A stretch of DNA of 64,000 nt from Camelus ferus (Eukaryota), in assembly GCF_009834535.1 (NCBI RefSeq), contig NC_045698.1, positions 13,394,001 through 13,458,000 on the forward strand. Direction: 5' to 3'. A model generated the notes under the pieces. The model had not been told where the DNA came from and did not search any database. It worked only from the letters and a program-made list of their open reading frames with translations. The translations under genes and the position numbers were made by a program. Below, in pieces: positions 63,951 to 64,000 of this stretch. The first letter of the stretch is position 1. Each line of letters starts with the position of its first letter.

Positions 63951-64000
63951 GTGATATGTGGATTTTTTTCCTCAATAAATAAGTCATTAAAGCAAGAATG

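Overview
AT-rich mammalian genomic DNA with no recognisable protein-coding exon, RNA gene or CpG island. It reads as intergenic sequence or the interior of a very long intron. A large part of it is fossil transposable elements: ancient eutherian L1M/L1MA-ME pieces, MLT1 (MaLR) and ERV1/ERVL solo LTRs, MIRs, hAT MITEs (MER45, MER5A), and several younger lineage-specific L1 3' ends. The young L1 3'UTR type, together with no Alu, B1/B2, Bov-A/tA, CHR, PRE-1, ERE or Can-SINE that I could recognise, suggests a cetartiodactyl, probably a camelid (inference). ORFs in the supplied track are chance ORFs or L1 ORF2 remnants. I found no new multi-gene system. The most notable structures are: (i) an apparently twin-primed L1 at 47248-48383 whose inverted part is the extreme 5' promoter end, fused to the 3' end with the whole middle missing; (ii) two further 5'-inverted L1s within the same 9 kb; (iii) a 37-bp inverted duplication inside an MLT1 LTR forming a ~94-nt hairpin; (iv) CpG-retaining non-repetitive blocks that look like enhancers; (v) a triplicated STAT6-type motif; (vi) strong orphan splice signals. 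Repeat subfamily names come from recalled consensus similarity, not a RepeatMasker run, and boundaries of old elements are approximate.
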